From Minisyncoccia bacterium (GTDB taxonomy: Bacteria > Patescibacteriota > Minisyncoccia > Phycocordibacterales > UBA918), in contig JBGSPE010000005.1 in the NCBI GenBank assembly GCA_041738755.1, positions 3,522 through 67,521 of the forward strand: a stretch of DNA of 64,000 nt. Reading direction: 5' to 3'. The notes under the pieces were generated by a model, which saw only the letters and a program-made list of their open reading frames with translations, was not told where the DNA came from and made no database searches. Position 1 is the first letter of the stretch, and every line of letters begins with the position of its first letter. The position numbers were made by a program, and so were the translations under genes. Of the stretch, positions 1-9,404 are shown piece after piece.

Positions 1-296
1 TCTTTGTTTACATACACTGCTCTGAGCTCATTATTTTGAAAGTTGTGTGCAATCGCCCCAGCACAAGCCTGGATAAGTGCAATACTTGCTGTGGCAGGAC
101 CAGTCACGACTGAAAAGTCTCTACTTTCTCTCATGAGCATATTCGCTACTGCTCGGAGGTAGTTTGGAAAACTAAAGAGTGGCTTCGTATTGACGTAACT
201 GGTCGAAACTCGACCACTCGTAAGAGCATAAAATTGTTCACCACCATGGATACAACCACACTCACGCAAAACGTCTTCAATGTTGATAAAGTGCAT
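1..296 (-). CDS. Type I phosphoribosyltransferase, orotate PRTase (PyrE)-like; N-terminal part only, truncated by the window edge
   Basis: Reverse-complement translation from the ATG at 296 gives MHFINIEDVLRECGCIHGGEQFYALTSGRVSTSYVNTKPLF...FSVVTGPATASIALIQACAGAI. This follows the PyrE N-terminal pattern (F-x-L-x-SGR-x-S-x-Y, then the GPA...IA PRPP-loop region). The ORF runs off the window start. Confidence 0.45.
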   Translation of the reverse strand, partial: MHFINIEDVLRECGCIHGGEQFYALTSGRVSTSYVNTKPLFSFPNYLRAVANMLMRESRDFSVVTGPATASIALIQACAGAIAHNFQNNELRAVYVNK

Positions 297-375
297 GATT
301 TTTCTCCCTTTAGGGTAGTAATCTCTGATAACAGACTACCGCATCATTTTTGAGAGTCAAGAAATTATTTATTTG

Positions 376-456
376 TGCCGAAGGAGGGACTCGAACCCTC
401 ACACCTTGCGATATGCGATTTTGAGTCGCACGCGTCTACCATTCCGCCACTTCGGC
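376..456 (-). tRNA. tRNA-Leu (anticodon CAA), class II tRNA with long variable arm
   Basis: The reverse complement reads GCCGAAGTGGCGGAATGGTAGACGCGTGCGACTCAAAATCGCATATCGCAAGGTGTGAGGGTTCGAGTCCCTCCTTCGGCA. It has a 7-bp acceptor stem, an anticodon stem TGCGA/TCGCA with loop CTCAAAA (anticodon CAA), a long variable arm and a GGTTCGAGTCC T-arm. It is close to E. coli tRNA-Leu. No CCA is encoded. Confidence 0.85.
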
Positions 457-553
457 AACGTGGCAAGAGTGTAGCAGAAAATATAAAAGTTATAAACAGG
501 GGAACTGGTGGGGGTGTGCTAAAATGCACGCATAGAGCAGTTGGCTACCCGTT

Positions 554-1825
554 TTGGAGGTACGGCTCGGTATTTTTGTTATGGCATTTCAAGGTGATTC
601 AATCTATTGGGTAGAAGTCGAAAAAGTAGTACCAAATCCGTTTCAACCACGGCGGGAATTTGATGAAGCAAAATTACGTGAGTTGGCAGACTCAATTCGC
701 ATGTATGGCGTGCTGCAGCCACTGACGGTCACGCGACGCGAGGTGCAGCGGGGTGATGGTACGTTTTATACTGAATACGAGTTAATCGCGGGAGAACGTC
801 GTCTACGGGCTAGTAGACTGGCTCAAGTACCCCAGGTACCGGTCATTATTCGTACCGGCGAACAGAGTGAACAGGAAAAGCTTGAGTTAGCAATTATCGA
901 AAACCTCCAGCGGGAAGATTTAAATGCAGTTGATCGGGCGCTCGCCTTCAAACAGTTGGCTGATGTTTTTGGTTTGGCACATGCACAAGTGGCTCAGAAG
1001 GTGGGTCGGAGTCGTGAGTATGTCTCAAATTCGATTCGACTCCTCGGTCTTCGTGACTACATGCTTGATGCGTTGAGGCGAGGGGAATTGACTGAAGGAC
1101 ATGCTCGAACGTTGCTGATGCTTAATGACCGTCCTGAAGAGCAAGACGTCGTGTTTCAAGAAATCCTTCTCAAAAAATTATCGGTTCGTGAAGTAGAACG
1201 AATCGCTCGCAAGATTGCTACCGATAAGGTACGGAAGAAGGATCTTGATTTCGATGCCGAATTGATTGAGATTGAAAAGCGCTTTACTGAAACTCTCGGT
1301 ACGCGCGTTCAGATTCAAAAAACTGACTTTGGGGGCAAGCTCACCATTGACTATTTTTCAACCGAAGATCTTGAAGTTATTCTTGGGCGAATCAAAGCTG
1401 AAGCTGAGGTAGGGGAGCGGACGGTAGCAGAGGATGATGTCCCCCCGGCTGAAGCCATGGCGAAACTTACGGAACATACCCCGCTTGAAGTGGTGTCAGA
1501 AAACATTCAGGTTGAGGCAATGATACAAAGAGAACCTGAGTCTTTGTACTACACGCCTGCAACACCAGTATCCGTCACTCCACCACAACAGCCTTATAAT
1601 TCATTTGCTGCGGCAACTGTTCCAGCTCCACCTTCTCCACAACCACCAGTCGGATACACTCCGTATGCGCCAGTCAAAGAACCCGTTTCATTTACCGCTC
1701 CATCACCTGAGGTTGTTCCACTTCCGGTTGCGCCTGAACCAGTGCAACCAATAACGCCCCCTGTTGCTCCAGTTGTTGTAGAGGATGATAGTAGTCTCTA
1801 CTCAGTCCGAAACTTTACGGTGTAA
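554..1825 (+). CDS. parB: ParB/Spo0J-family partition protein with a roughly 120-aa Pro-rich C-terminal tail
   Basis: The ParB N-terminal box is present (GVLQPLTVTRRE...YELIAGERRLRASRLA) with HTH and dimerisation regions. The C-terminus is a low-complexity P/A/V-rich segment (PAPPSPQPPVGYTPYAPVKEP...VAPEPVQPITPPVAPVVV). The 5' end is uncertain: the ORF track starts at a TTG at 554, and an in-frame ATG at 581 is an alternative. Confidence 0.85.
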   Translation: MEVRLGIFVMAFQGDSIYWVEVEKVVPNPFQPRREFDEAKLRELADSIRMYGVLQPLTVTRREVQRGDGTFYTEYELIAGERRLRASRLAQVPQVPVIIRTGEQSEQEKLELAIIENLQREDLNAVDRALAFKQLADVFGLAHAQVAQKVGRSREYVSNSIRLLGLRDYMLDALRRGELTEGHARTLLMLNDRPEEQDVVFQEILLKKLSVREVERIARKIATDKVRKKDLDFDAELIEIEKRFTETLGTRVQIQKTDFGGKLTIDYFSTEDLEVILGRIKAEAEVGERTVAEDDVPPAEAMAKLTEHTPLEVVSENIQVEAMIQREPESLYYTPATPVSVTPPQQPYNSFAAATVPAPPSPQPPVGYTPYAPVKEPVSFTAPSPEVVPLPVAPEPVQPITPPVAPVVVEDDSSLYSVRNFTV

Positions 1826-3359
1826 ATTCGTTTTCAAGTGCTGTCCTAATACGTCGTCTGGCGAGTGAAGTCTTGGCAAAGTTAAGCCATTTTTGGGTTG
1901 GTTTGGCAGACTTTTTTGTTTCAATCTCGACAATATCTCCGTTGCGGAGCTCGGTATCAAGCTGGACGAGTTTTTTGTTTACCATTGCTCCAGCAACATG
2001 GTCACCAATCTCTGAGTGAATAGCATAGGCAAAATCAATCGGGGTAGCACCAACTGGGAGGTCCACAACGTCGCCAATTGGTGTAAACACAAAGATTCGA
2101 TTACTAAAGAAGTCTGACTCCATGTCCTCAACAAAGTTCTTGGTTGAGTGGGTGGTGGCGGTGTAGGCTTGGCCAATCTGTGAAATCCAGCGGGGGATTT
2201 TGAGGTGGTGAGGTTCGGTAGTTGATTTATAGAGTTGCTCTTCGTTTGGCGTTTGTTTCTTTTGGGTGCGGAATAGGAAAGGAATGAGTGAAGCAAAGCG
2301 TGAGGTTTTTTCTGGAGTATCATTGACCTCAGGTTCTTTATATAAAATATGTGATGCGACTCCGAATTCTGCTTCGCGGTGCATTTTTTCAGTGCGAATC
2401 TGAATTTCTAAAATCACACCATTTTGGGTAGTGACAGTGGTATGCAGTGAACGGTAGCCGTTTGGTTTTGGGAACGCGATATAATCCTTAACTCGCTTTG
2501 GGAGTGGTCGCCAGAGTTCGTGCACGATGCCAAGGACTCGGTAACAGTCTTCAACTGATGCGACCACGACTCGCATGGCTAATAAGTCATAAACGGCAGC
2601 AATCTCCCAGTCCTTTCGATGAAGTTTATGATAGAGACTATAGAGTCCCTTTACTCGATATGAGGTTGAAAATCCTAGTACCTTCGCATCAACTAAACGT
2701 TTTTGAAGTACCTTACGCTCTTTTTCGAGGACCTCCTCATTTTTTCCAGCTTTTGCTTTGAGTACCTGTTTTACACGAACTGCTTCGTCAGGATAGACGT
2801 ACGGAAATGCGAGGTCTTCAAGCTCTTTACGAATCTTACCCATTCCGAGACGGTGGGCGACAGGGACGTATATTTCCAAAGTTTCTTTCGCAATTCGTAA
2901 TTGTTTCTCAGCTGGCACATGGTCGAGTGTTTCCATGTTGTGCAAGCGGTCGACGAGCTTAATAATCAAGACGCGAATATCCTGGCTGGTTGCAACAAAG
3001 AGCTTACGAAGGCTCTCGTTGTGCCGGTTGGTCCCGTGGTAGCGAACTGAACTGAGCTTGGTCACACCATCAACCAAGAAAAGAATTTCATCACCAAAGG
3101 TATCTTGAATGTCCTTAACGGTCGTAGCTGTGTCTTCGATACTGTCATGGAGGAGTCCGGCGGCAATAGTCTGGGGGGCCATCCCCATAGCCGCCAGCTT
3201 GTATCCTACTGAAGCCAAGTGAATCATGTAGGGGTCACCAGAATAGCGAACATGATCTTTATGCGCGGTTTCTGCAAAATCATACGCCTTTTTAATCAAT
3301 GTCTTGTCACCCTCGGTGACGCTGTGCATTTGGGCGATGATGTTGTCAGCAGTAATCAT
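1815..3359 (-). CDS. rel: Bifunctional (p)ppGpp synthetase/hydrolase, RelA/SpoT homolog (HD, synthetase and TGS domains; no ACT/RRM domain)
   Basis: It has an N-terminal HD hydrolase motif (HLASVGYKL...LLHDSIEDT), the RelA/SpoT synthetase core (YRSLHTTV, RTEKMHREAEFGVASH) and a TGS-like C-terminus (GDIVEIETKK). At 514 aa it is shorter than long Rel proteins. Confidence 0.9.
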   Translation of the reverse strand: MITADNIIAQMHSVTEGDKTLIKKAYDFAETAHKDHVRYSGDPYMIHLASVGYKLAAMGMAPQTIAAGLLHDSIEDTATTVKDIQDTFGDEILFLVDGVTKLSSVRYHGTNRHNESLRKLFVATSQDIRVLIIKLVDRLHNMETLDHVPAEKQLRIAKETLEIYVPVAHRLGMGKIRKELEDLAFPYVYPDEAVRVKQVLKAKAGKNEEVLEKERKVLQKRLVDAKVLGFSTSYRVKGLYSLYHKLHRKDWEIAAVYDLLAMRVVVASVEDCYRVLGIVHELWRPLPKRVKDYIAFPKPNGYRSLHTTVTTQNGVILEIQIRTEKMHREAEFGVASHILYKEPEVNDTPEKTSRFASLIPFLFRTQKKQTPNEEQLYKSTTEPHHLKIPRWISQIGQAYTATTHSTKNFVEDMESDFFSNRIFVFTPIGDVVDLPVGATPIDFAYAIHSEIGDHVAGAMVNKKLVQLDTELRNGDIVEIETKKSAKPTQKWLNFAKTSLARRRIRTALENEFTP

Positions 3360-3428
3360 AACTGCTTCATTGTAGAGACAAGGTAACTACCTTGTCAATT
3401 TATAGACAATCACGAAACTTCAGTAGGG

Positions 3429-5807
3429 TTACTTTGCACCCAATAGTTCGATAGCCAGTTCTAGTGTAACGTCCTTCTCTTTAACGGTATCTGGAATACT
3501 GATTCGTTTAAAACCTTTTTTCAAGTAGCGACCTGATTTTGATTCGTACACATTAACGAGTTTGCGCGTTTTGGGATGAATACCTAGTTCTTTGTATAGT
3601 TTTTCTCCTTTACGCATTTGCTTCGGTTCAGCAAAAATCTCCATCGCTCGTTCATAGGTAATATCATAAGGATTGTCAGCGCCCTTCAGCGACCTGAAGT
3701 CACCAGCGTGAGCAAGGTATGGCCCAAACTTTCCGGTATTTGCCATAACCACCTCACCAGTTGCAGGGTGAGTACCGAGTTCACGCGGGAGTTCAAGCAG
3801 TCGGACAGCATCTGCAAGCGTCACACTACTGACTTTCATATCCTCTGGAAGAGCACTCCGTCTTGGGGTTGGTTGTTTTTTACCTTTTACTTTTTCTGGG
3901 GTGGCACCAAGTTGCACATACGGACCAAACCGGCCATTCAAGACAAAGATTGGTTCACCTGACGTTGGATGAGTACCAATCGGGTCTTCTTCTTTTACTT
4001 CAGAACCATCTATGAGTCGCGCCCCGTTACAGTCTGGGAAACGGTCACAGGAGAGGAAGGTTCCATTTTTCCCAAGTTTCTTTACCATGTCGCTCCCACA
4101 CAGTGGACAGGGGAATTCTTTTGGTCCGGCACCGAGGGTGGTTAGTTTATCGATGTCTTCTTTGGCTTCAACGGCCTTGTGGAAGGGAAGATAGAAATCA
4201 CTGAGGGTCTTCTTGTATGAACGTTCACCGGTGGCAATTTCATCAAGTTGATCTTCCATATCGCTGGTAAAGTCATCATCGATATATTCTTTGAAATGTT
4301 GCTCCAAGAAGCTCGATACCACATCCCCCGTGTCGGTTGGTCGCAGGGCACGACCATCCTTTATTACATAGCCTCGGTCGATAATCGTTTTCATTGTTGA
4401 AGCGTAGGTTGATGGTCGACCAATACCACGCTTTTCAAGTTCCTTAATAAGACCCGCTTCGGTGTAGCGATTCGGTGGTTGGGTCTGTTTGGCTTCAATT
4501 ACTACTCCTCTGCAGTTCAGAGTATCGTTAACAGAAATCTTTGGTACCTCAACATCTTCACCACGGGCTCGGGGGTCTGCTTTTAGCCATCCGTCAAAAA
4601 TTACCCGAGAACCATTCACGGCAAAGTCTGGAATAGTCTCTGTTGCGCCTGTAACATTCGCAAGAATCTTCGTCCGCTTCATGGCAGCATCGGCCATTTG
4701 TGAAGCGACAGCTCGTTGCCAAATGAGTTCGTAGAGAGCTTTTTGGTCTTCAGTGCTTCCGACGGAATGTTTGGTAAAATTGGTTGGTCGGATGGCTTCG
4801 TGAGCTTCTTGGGCTGACTTACTCTTCGTTTTATATTGTCGTGGTGCAACATAGTTTTTGCCAAAATCACTACTAATGAGGGCAAGGATTTGCTTTTGCG
4901 CTTGGGCACTCATATTAGTGCTGTCGGTACGCATATAGGTAATATGTCCGGCTTCATACAGCTTTTGTGCTGCGCCCATGGTGCGTGAGGGAGCAAAGCC
5001 AAGTCTCGTTGAAGCTGTTTGTTGAAGGGTTGAGGTGGTAAATGGTGGGCGAGGAACTCGCTTCACTTCAGTTTCTTTTACCTCCCGAACTACCCACTCG
5101 TGTTTTTCACCAACGGCTTTAATCCGTTCTGCTTCGATGGCTTCAGTCGGTTCAATTGTACAGAGGAACGGAATTGTAAGACTATCTTTTTTAAGACTTG
5201 CGGTGAGCACAAAATAATCATCAGGGATGAAGGCTCGAATTTCTCGTTCTCGTTCCATGACTATTCGCAGCGCAGGTGATTGGACACGACCAGCTGACAG
5301 GCCATAGCGAACTTTTTTCCAGATGAGACCTGAGAGGTCATAGCCCACGAGTCGGTCGAGTACTCGTCTCGCTTCTTGAGCCTCTTTCAGGTTGAGATCA
5401 ATTTCTCTCGGCTTTTCAATTGCTTCAAGGACCGCGTCTTTGGTGATTTCATTAAACACGACTCGCTTCAGGTGTGAGTTTGAACCTTTGATAAGTTCAG
5501 CCACATGCCAGGCAATTGCTTCACCCTCCCGGTCGGGGTCGGATGCGAGAAGGACCTCGTCAGCTTTCTTGGCAGCACTCTTAAGGCCGCTGATAACCTT
5601 CTCCTTCCCCGGAGAGATAATGTAGCGGGGAACAAAGCCAGCTTTGATATCAACGGCGTCGTTATTACTCTTTGGGAGATCGCGGACGTGCCCGATTGAT
5701 GAAAGCACGGTATAGCCAGAACCGAGGTATTTCTCAATGGTTTTAGCTTTGGCAGGTGACTCGACGATGACTAGGGTGTGTTTTGACATATATATGATTC
5801 GTAACAA
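3429..5807 (-). CDS. topA: DNA topoisomerase I
   Basis: Toprim N-terminus (LVIVESPAKAKTIEKYLG), a topoisomerase IA core with the active-site Tyr region, and C-terminal zinc-ribbon repeats (CPLCGSDMV, CDRFPDC). Length is 792 aa. Confidence 0.95.
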   Translation of the reverse strand: MLRIIYMSKHTLVIVESPAKAKTIEKYLGSGYTVLSSIGHVRDLPKSNNDAVDIKAGFVPRYIISPGKEKVISGLKSAAKKADEVLLASDPDREGEAIAWHVAELIKGSNSHLKRVVFNEITKDAVLEAIEKPREIDLNLKEAQEARRVLDRLVGYDLSGLIWKKVRYGLSAGRVQSPALRIVMEREREIRAFIPDDYFVLTASLKKDSLTIPFLCTIEPTEAIEAERIKAVGEKHEWVVREVKETEVKRVPRPPFTTSTLQQTASTRLGFAPSRTMGAAQKLYEAGHITYMRTDSTNMSAQAQKQILALISSDFGKNYVAPRQYKTKSKSAQEAHEAIRPTNFTKHSVGSTEDQKALYELIWQRAVASQMADAAMKRTKILANVTGATETIPDFAVNGSRVIFDGWLKADPRARGEDVEVPKISVNDTLNCRGVVIEAKQTQPPNRYTEAGLIKELEKRGIGRPSTYASTMKTIIDRGYVIKDGRALRPTDTGDVVSSFLEQHFKEYIDDDFTSDMEDQLDEIATGERSYKKTLSDFYLPFHKAVEAKEDIDKLTTLGAGPKEFPCPLCGSDMVKKLGKNGTFLSCDRFPDCNGARLIDGSEVKEEDPIGTHPTSGEPIFVLNGRFGPYVQLGATPEKVKGKKQPTPRRSALPEDMKVSSVTLADAVRLLELPRELGTHPATGEVVMANTGKFGPYLAHAGDFRSLKGADNPYDITYERAMEIFAEPKQMRKGEKLYKELGIHPKTRKLVNVYESKSGRYLKKGFKRISIPDTVKEKDVTLELAIELLGAK

Positions 5808-5853
5808 ATACTAGGAGTTGTTCGTTCTGTCAAATAACAGTGTGTATAAGTGA

Positions 5854-6765
5854 TTAGGTGGCGCGATACATATTATTGTCTTCATGAACAATATTTTGTA
5901 GTTCTAGCAACATTAATTCTCGATTGATGACAGTGGTATCACCGCCTGTCTTTCTAATAATTTCATCTCGGTGGGTCGGTTCGTGAAGGAGGTCGACGAT
6001 CTGAGTTTGGAGTGGGGTGAGAGCCGGACGAGCCGTAGGCTCGTCCGGCTCTTTTTGTTCAATTCCGAGTGCGTCTAAAATATCCTTGCTCTCAGTGACC
6101 GGAGTGGCTCCGAGCTTTAAGAATTGATGTACGCCGGTACTGGTTTTGGAAAAGATACTTCCAGGGACGACCAAGAGCTCACGATTATAATCAACGGTCA
6201 TGCGAGCGGTGATGAGCGTACCAGACTTCTCGGCTGCTTCAATTAAAAGCGTAGCTTTACTGATACCGGCGACGAGGCGATTACGCCGAGGAAATGACCA
6301 CTCGGTGGCCTTGAAGTCAGAAGCATACTCAGAGAGTAGTCCTCCACCAGCTTCGAGAATGCGGTGGGCGAGTGGTTTGTGACTGGCAGGATAGATGACA
6401 CTGTCATCAAGGCCGCCCCCTGGAATAGCGAGTGTGTACAAATTGTTCTTGAGAGCAGCTTCATGGGCCAGGGAGTCAACCCCAAGCGCCAGACCAGAGA
6501 CAATACCGATTGGATAGTTTTTGAGACCACTGAGTAATTCTTCAACTACCTGCTTACCGTACGTAGTGTATTTTCGAGAGCCAGCGACTGAGAGGAGAGT
6601 GAGATGAGATGGCGGTAAGGTTCCTCGATAATTGAGTGATTCTGGCGGCTGCGGAATTTCCCGCAAAAGCGGAGGAAATTCAGTAGCTGTAAGCTCTGTA
6701 ATAGGAAAGGACATTAGATGCAGTATATCATTCACGTTTTTAGAAATTTGATATTTTTGAGTCAA
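5854..6765 (-). CDS. dprA: DNA processing protein DprA (Smf)
   Basis: The Rossmann-like DprA core is present (LSVAGSRKYTTYG, GIVSGLALGVDSLAHEAAL, TLAIPGGGLD), with a C-terminal winged-helix-like tail. Confidence 0.85.
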   Translation of the reverse strand: MTQKYQISKNVNDILHLMSFPITELTATEFPPLLREIPQPPESLNYRGTLPPSHLTLLSVAGSRKYTTYGKQVVEELLSGLKNYPIGIVSGLALGVDSLAHEAALKNNLYTLAIPGGGLDDSVIYPASHKPLAHRILEAGGGLLSEYASDFKATEWSFPRRNRLVAGISKATLLIEAAEKSGTLITARMTVDYNRELLVVPGSIFSKTSTGVHQFLKLGATPVTESKDILDALGIEQKEPDEPTARPALTPLQTQIVDLLHEPTHRDEIIRKTGGDTTVINRELMLLELQNIVHEDNNMYRAT

Positions 6766-6978
6766 TTAATATAGTACGGAAGTTCACTGTGCGTGGACAT
6801 TTGACTGATGTTGATCAGTCTCTCTTTGACATCGTGAATCGTTTGATTCGGAATCTACGGATTCTAGGGAATCAAAACAAACCGCAGTACATTTTTTCTT
6901 TATGCGCTGCAGGAGTGGTGTCCATACACCCCTTGTGTACAGGTAAGGCACAGACCTCCGATTTAGGTAAGGGGTCAC

Positions 6979-7025
6979 CGGCCAGGAGTTATTGGTATTT
7001 ATACTGATGACTCCTGGCTATTTTT
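6979..7025 (+). terminator. Terminator-like hairpin with a T-run in the serS 5' leader (possible attenuator)
   Basis: GCCAGGAGT-(20 nt loop)-ACTCCTGGC followed by TATTTTTTT, about 30 nt upstream of the serS start. No convincing + strand gene lies upstream of it. Confidence 0.35.
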
Positions 7026-7051
7026 TTCATGTATAATGGCAAGTATCAATT

Positions 7052-8320
7052 TTGAGTATGTTAGATATTAAATTCATTCGGGAAAATTTGGACATTGTGA
7101 AGCTGGCGGCAACAAAGAAGCGGATTAGTGTCGATCTCGATTTACTGGTAAGAGTCGACGAAGAGCGGCGAACGCTCATGCAGGAGGTTGAAACCAAGCG
7201 GGCTGAGCAGAATAAAATCTCCGAAGGGATTCCGCAGATGACTGACGGGGCCCTTCGCCAAGAACTCATTCAAAAACTCCAGGGATTAAAAGCTGAGATG
7301 CAGGTAATTGAAGAAGCCCTCAAGCCCGTGATGGAAACCTGGCATGCCCTCATGCTCCAAGTACCTAACATCCCTGACATGACGGTCCCTGATGGAAACA
7401 GCGATGCTGATAATGAGGAGATCAAAACCTGGGGCGAAGCAACGAACTTTTCATTCCCGGCCAAAGACCATATTGAGTTGATGACCAAGCACAATATGGT
7501 CGACTTTGAGCGCGGGACGAAGGTTCATGGCTTCCGAGGGTATTACCTTCTTGGAGATGGTGCAAGACTCTCATGGGCCATCTGGAACTATGCCAATGAC
7601 TTTTTCCAAGCCAAAGGTTTTACGCCGATTATTCCACCGACGATTGTTCGTAAGGCAAACCTTTACGGAACCGGTCATCTTCCAAATGAGGCTGATGATG
7701 TCTATAACACCCAAGACGAAGACTATTTGATTGGAACGGCTGAGGTATCGGTGATGGGATATTATGCAGATGAAATCATCGACCAAGCGTTGTTTCCAGT
7801 AAAGTTTTTGGGCTTTTCGCCGTGTTACAGACGAGAAGCTGGTAGTCACGGAAAAGATACAAAGGGACTCATTCGAGTGCATGAATTCTATAAGTTGGAG
7901 CAAGTGGTGTTGTGTGAAGCGTCACATCAGCGCAGTGTTGAACTTCATGAAGAGCTCAATCGCAATACTGAAGAATTTATCGAGTCACTCAATATCCCAT
8001 ATCACACCGTATTAAACTGTGGGGGAGACTTAGGGCAAGGACAGGTAAAAAAGTATGATATCGAACTCTGGGTACCGGGCGAACAAACCTATCGTGAGAT
8101 TAGTTCCGCTTCATACTTCCATGATTTCCAAACTCGACGTTTCAATATTCGGTATCGTGATGCAGAAGGGAAAGTTCGCTACGCTCACTCACTGAACTGT
8201 ACCGCGATTCCAACCCCACGGATTTTGGTATCACTGGTTGAAAACTTTCAGCAGGCCGATGGTTCTATCCGGATACCGGAAGTACTGGTGCCGTATTTTG
8301 GGAAGAGTCAGATTGGATAA
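7052..8320 (+). CDS. serS: Seryl-tRNA synthetase
   Basis: N-terminal coiled-coil arm (MLDIKFIRENLD...) and a class II aaRS core with motifs 2 and 3 (FRREAGSHGKDTKGLIRVHEF; GSIRIPEVL). Length is 422 aa. Confidence 0.95.
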   Translation: MSMLDIKFIRENLDIVKLAATKKRISVDLDLLVRVDEERRTLMQEVETKRAEQNKISEGIPQMTDGALRQELIQKLQGLKAEMQVIEEALKPVMETWHALMLQVPNIPDMTVPDGNSDADNEEIKTWGEATNFSFPAKDHIELMTKHNMVDFERGTKVHGFRGYYLLGDGARLSWAIWNYANDFFQAKGFTPIIPPTIVRKANLYGTGHLPNEADDVYNTQDEDYLIGTAEVSVMGYYADEIIDQALFPVKFLGFSPCYRREAGSHGKDTKGLIRVHEFYKLEQVVLCEASHQRSVELHEELNRNTEEFIESLNIPYHTVLNCGGDLGQGQVKKYDIELWVPGEQTYREISSASYFHDFQTRRFNIRYRDAEGKVRYAHSLNCTAIPTPRILVSLVENFQQADGSIRIPEVLVPYFGKSQIG

Positions 8321-8365
8321 GGTGCTTAGAAAATCCCGGGTGAGCCAAAGGCTCACCCGGGATTT

Positions 8366-9394
8366 TTGTGCTACCATTGCGACATGAAACCAAAACGCTC
8401 ACGTCGCCGTATGCATCCGCAAACGGTTTTAGTGATTCGACAGGTATTGGTTGGAGCAATGGTATTTACGTTTTTTGGGTTGCTGATTTCAAGTATCTGG
8501 TTTGGGACGAGAGTTGATGCGTTGACGATAGACACTATCACCATCACCGGTGGTGAGACAATTGAACATGCTGAGTTAGAGACAAAACTCCGACAACAAC
8601 TACAGGGAAATTATTTAGGAATTGTACCGAAGGTGTTTGCGTTTACGTACCCAGAAAAACTCCTCTACGAAGAAGCTCGACGAATTGATAGAATTAAAGA
8701 TATTAGTATCACTCGATCTGGTGGAAAAGAGCTCGTTGTCTCATTTTCTGAATATACTCCACATGCATTATGGTGTCGGTCTGATAATGAAGCAGATTGT
8801 CTCTTTCTCGATGAGACAGGGTTCGCCTTTGGGGTCGCTCCAAGTTTGCAGGGAGGTTCGCTCCTTCGGGTGGTTGCAATTGGCCGTGGTCCTGAAGTAC
8901 GGACACAAGCGTTTCCTCGAGAGACATATACCGCAGTTCACGACCTGATAGAACAATTAGCAACCGTAAATTGGTTTGTCTCCCGCGTCGATATCGATTC
9001 GGCTGACGATGCTTTTATGCAAATTGTTGGCGGGGGAGAGTTTAAGGTGTCGTTAAAAACGCCGGCGGCAGAGACCCTTAGTAATCTTCAAACAATCCTG
9101 GCTTCAGCAGATTTTAATGACATCAAGCCAGGAAATTTTCAGTACATTGATTTGCGGTTTGGAAGTAAAGTGTTTGTGAACGAAGATATACGTGCGGGTG
9201 ATGTTGCCAGCTCAACGGAAGAACGTATTGGTGGTGAATCACAGGTAGCTGAGGCGGAAAGCGTAGGCGAACCTGATGAGGCGGTCACGGCAACAATGAT
9301 AATTGAAGAACCAGTTGAGTCTGAAATAGTCGAGCCGGAACCAGTGTCTGAGGGTGAACGGGTGAGAGAAAGAAACACTACATCAGGAGAGTAA
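8366..9394 (+). CDS. ftsQ: FtsQ/DivIB-like cell-division protein (TM plus POTRA) with an acidic C-terminal tail
   Basis: A basic N-terminus, one TM helix (VLVGAMVFTFFGLLISSIWF), a POTRA-like beta-alpha region (LTIDTITITGGETIEHAELE) and an E/V-rich tail. The start is probably internal to the listed ORF. Confidence 0.6.
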   Translation: MCYHCDMKPKRSRRRMHPQTVLVIRQVLVGAMVFTFFGLLISSIWFGTRVDALTIDTITITGGETIEHAELETKLRQQLQGNYLGIVPKVFAFTYPEKLLYEEARRIDRIKDISITRSGGKELVVSFSEYTPHALWCRSDNEADCLFLDETGFAFGVAPSLQGGSLLRVVAIGRGPEVRTQAFPRETYTAVHDLIEQLATVNWFVSRVDIDSADDAFMQIVGGGEFKVSLKTPAAETLSNLQTILASADFNDIKPGNFQYIDLRFGSKVFVNEDIRAGDVASSTEERIGGESQVAEAESVGEPDEAVTATMIIEEPVESEIVEPEPVSEGERVRERNTTSGE

Positions 9395-9404
9395 ATATGC
9401 TATA

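Noticed and set aside
6789-7051. T-box riboswitch upstream of serS
   Set aside because: The candidate T-box sequence (AAGGGGUCACCGGCC) lacks the conserved UGGN bulge and AGGGUGGNACCGCG core. Only the terminator-like hairpin is supported. The 72-aa ORF 6789..7007 lying in this leader is judged non-coding.
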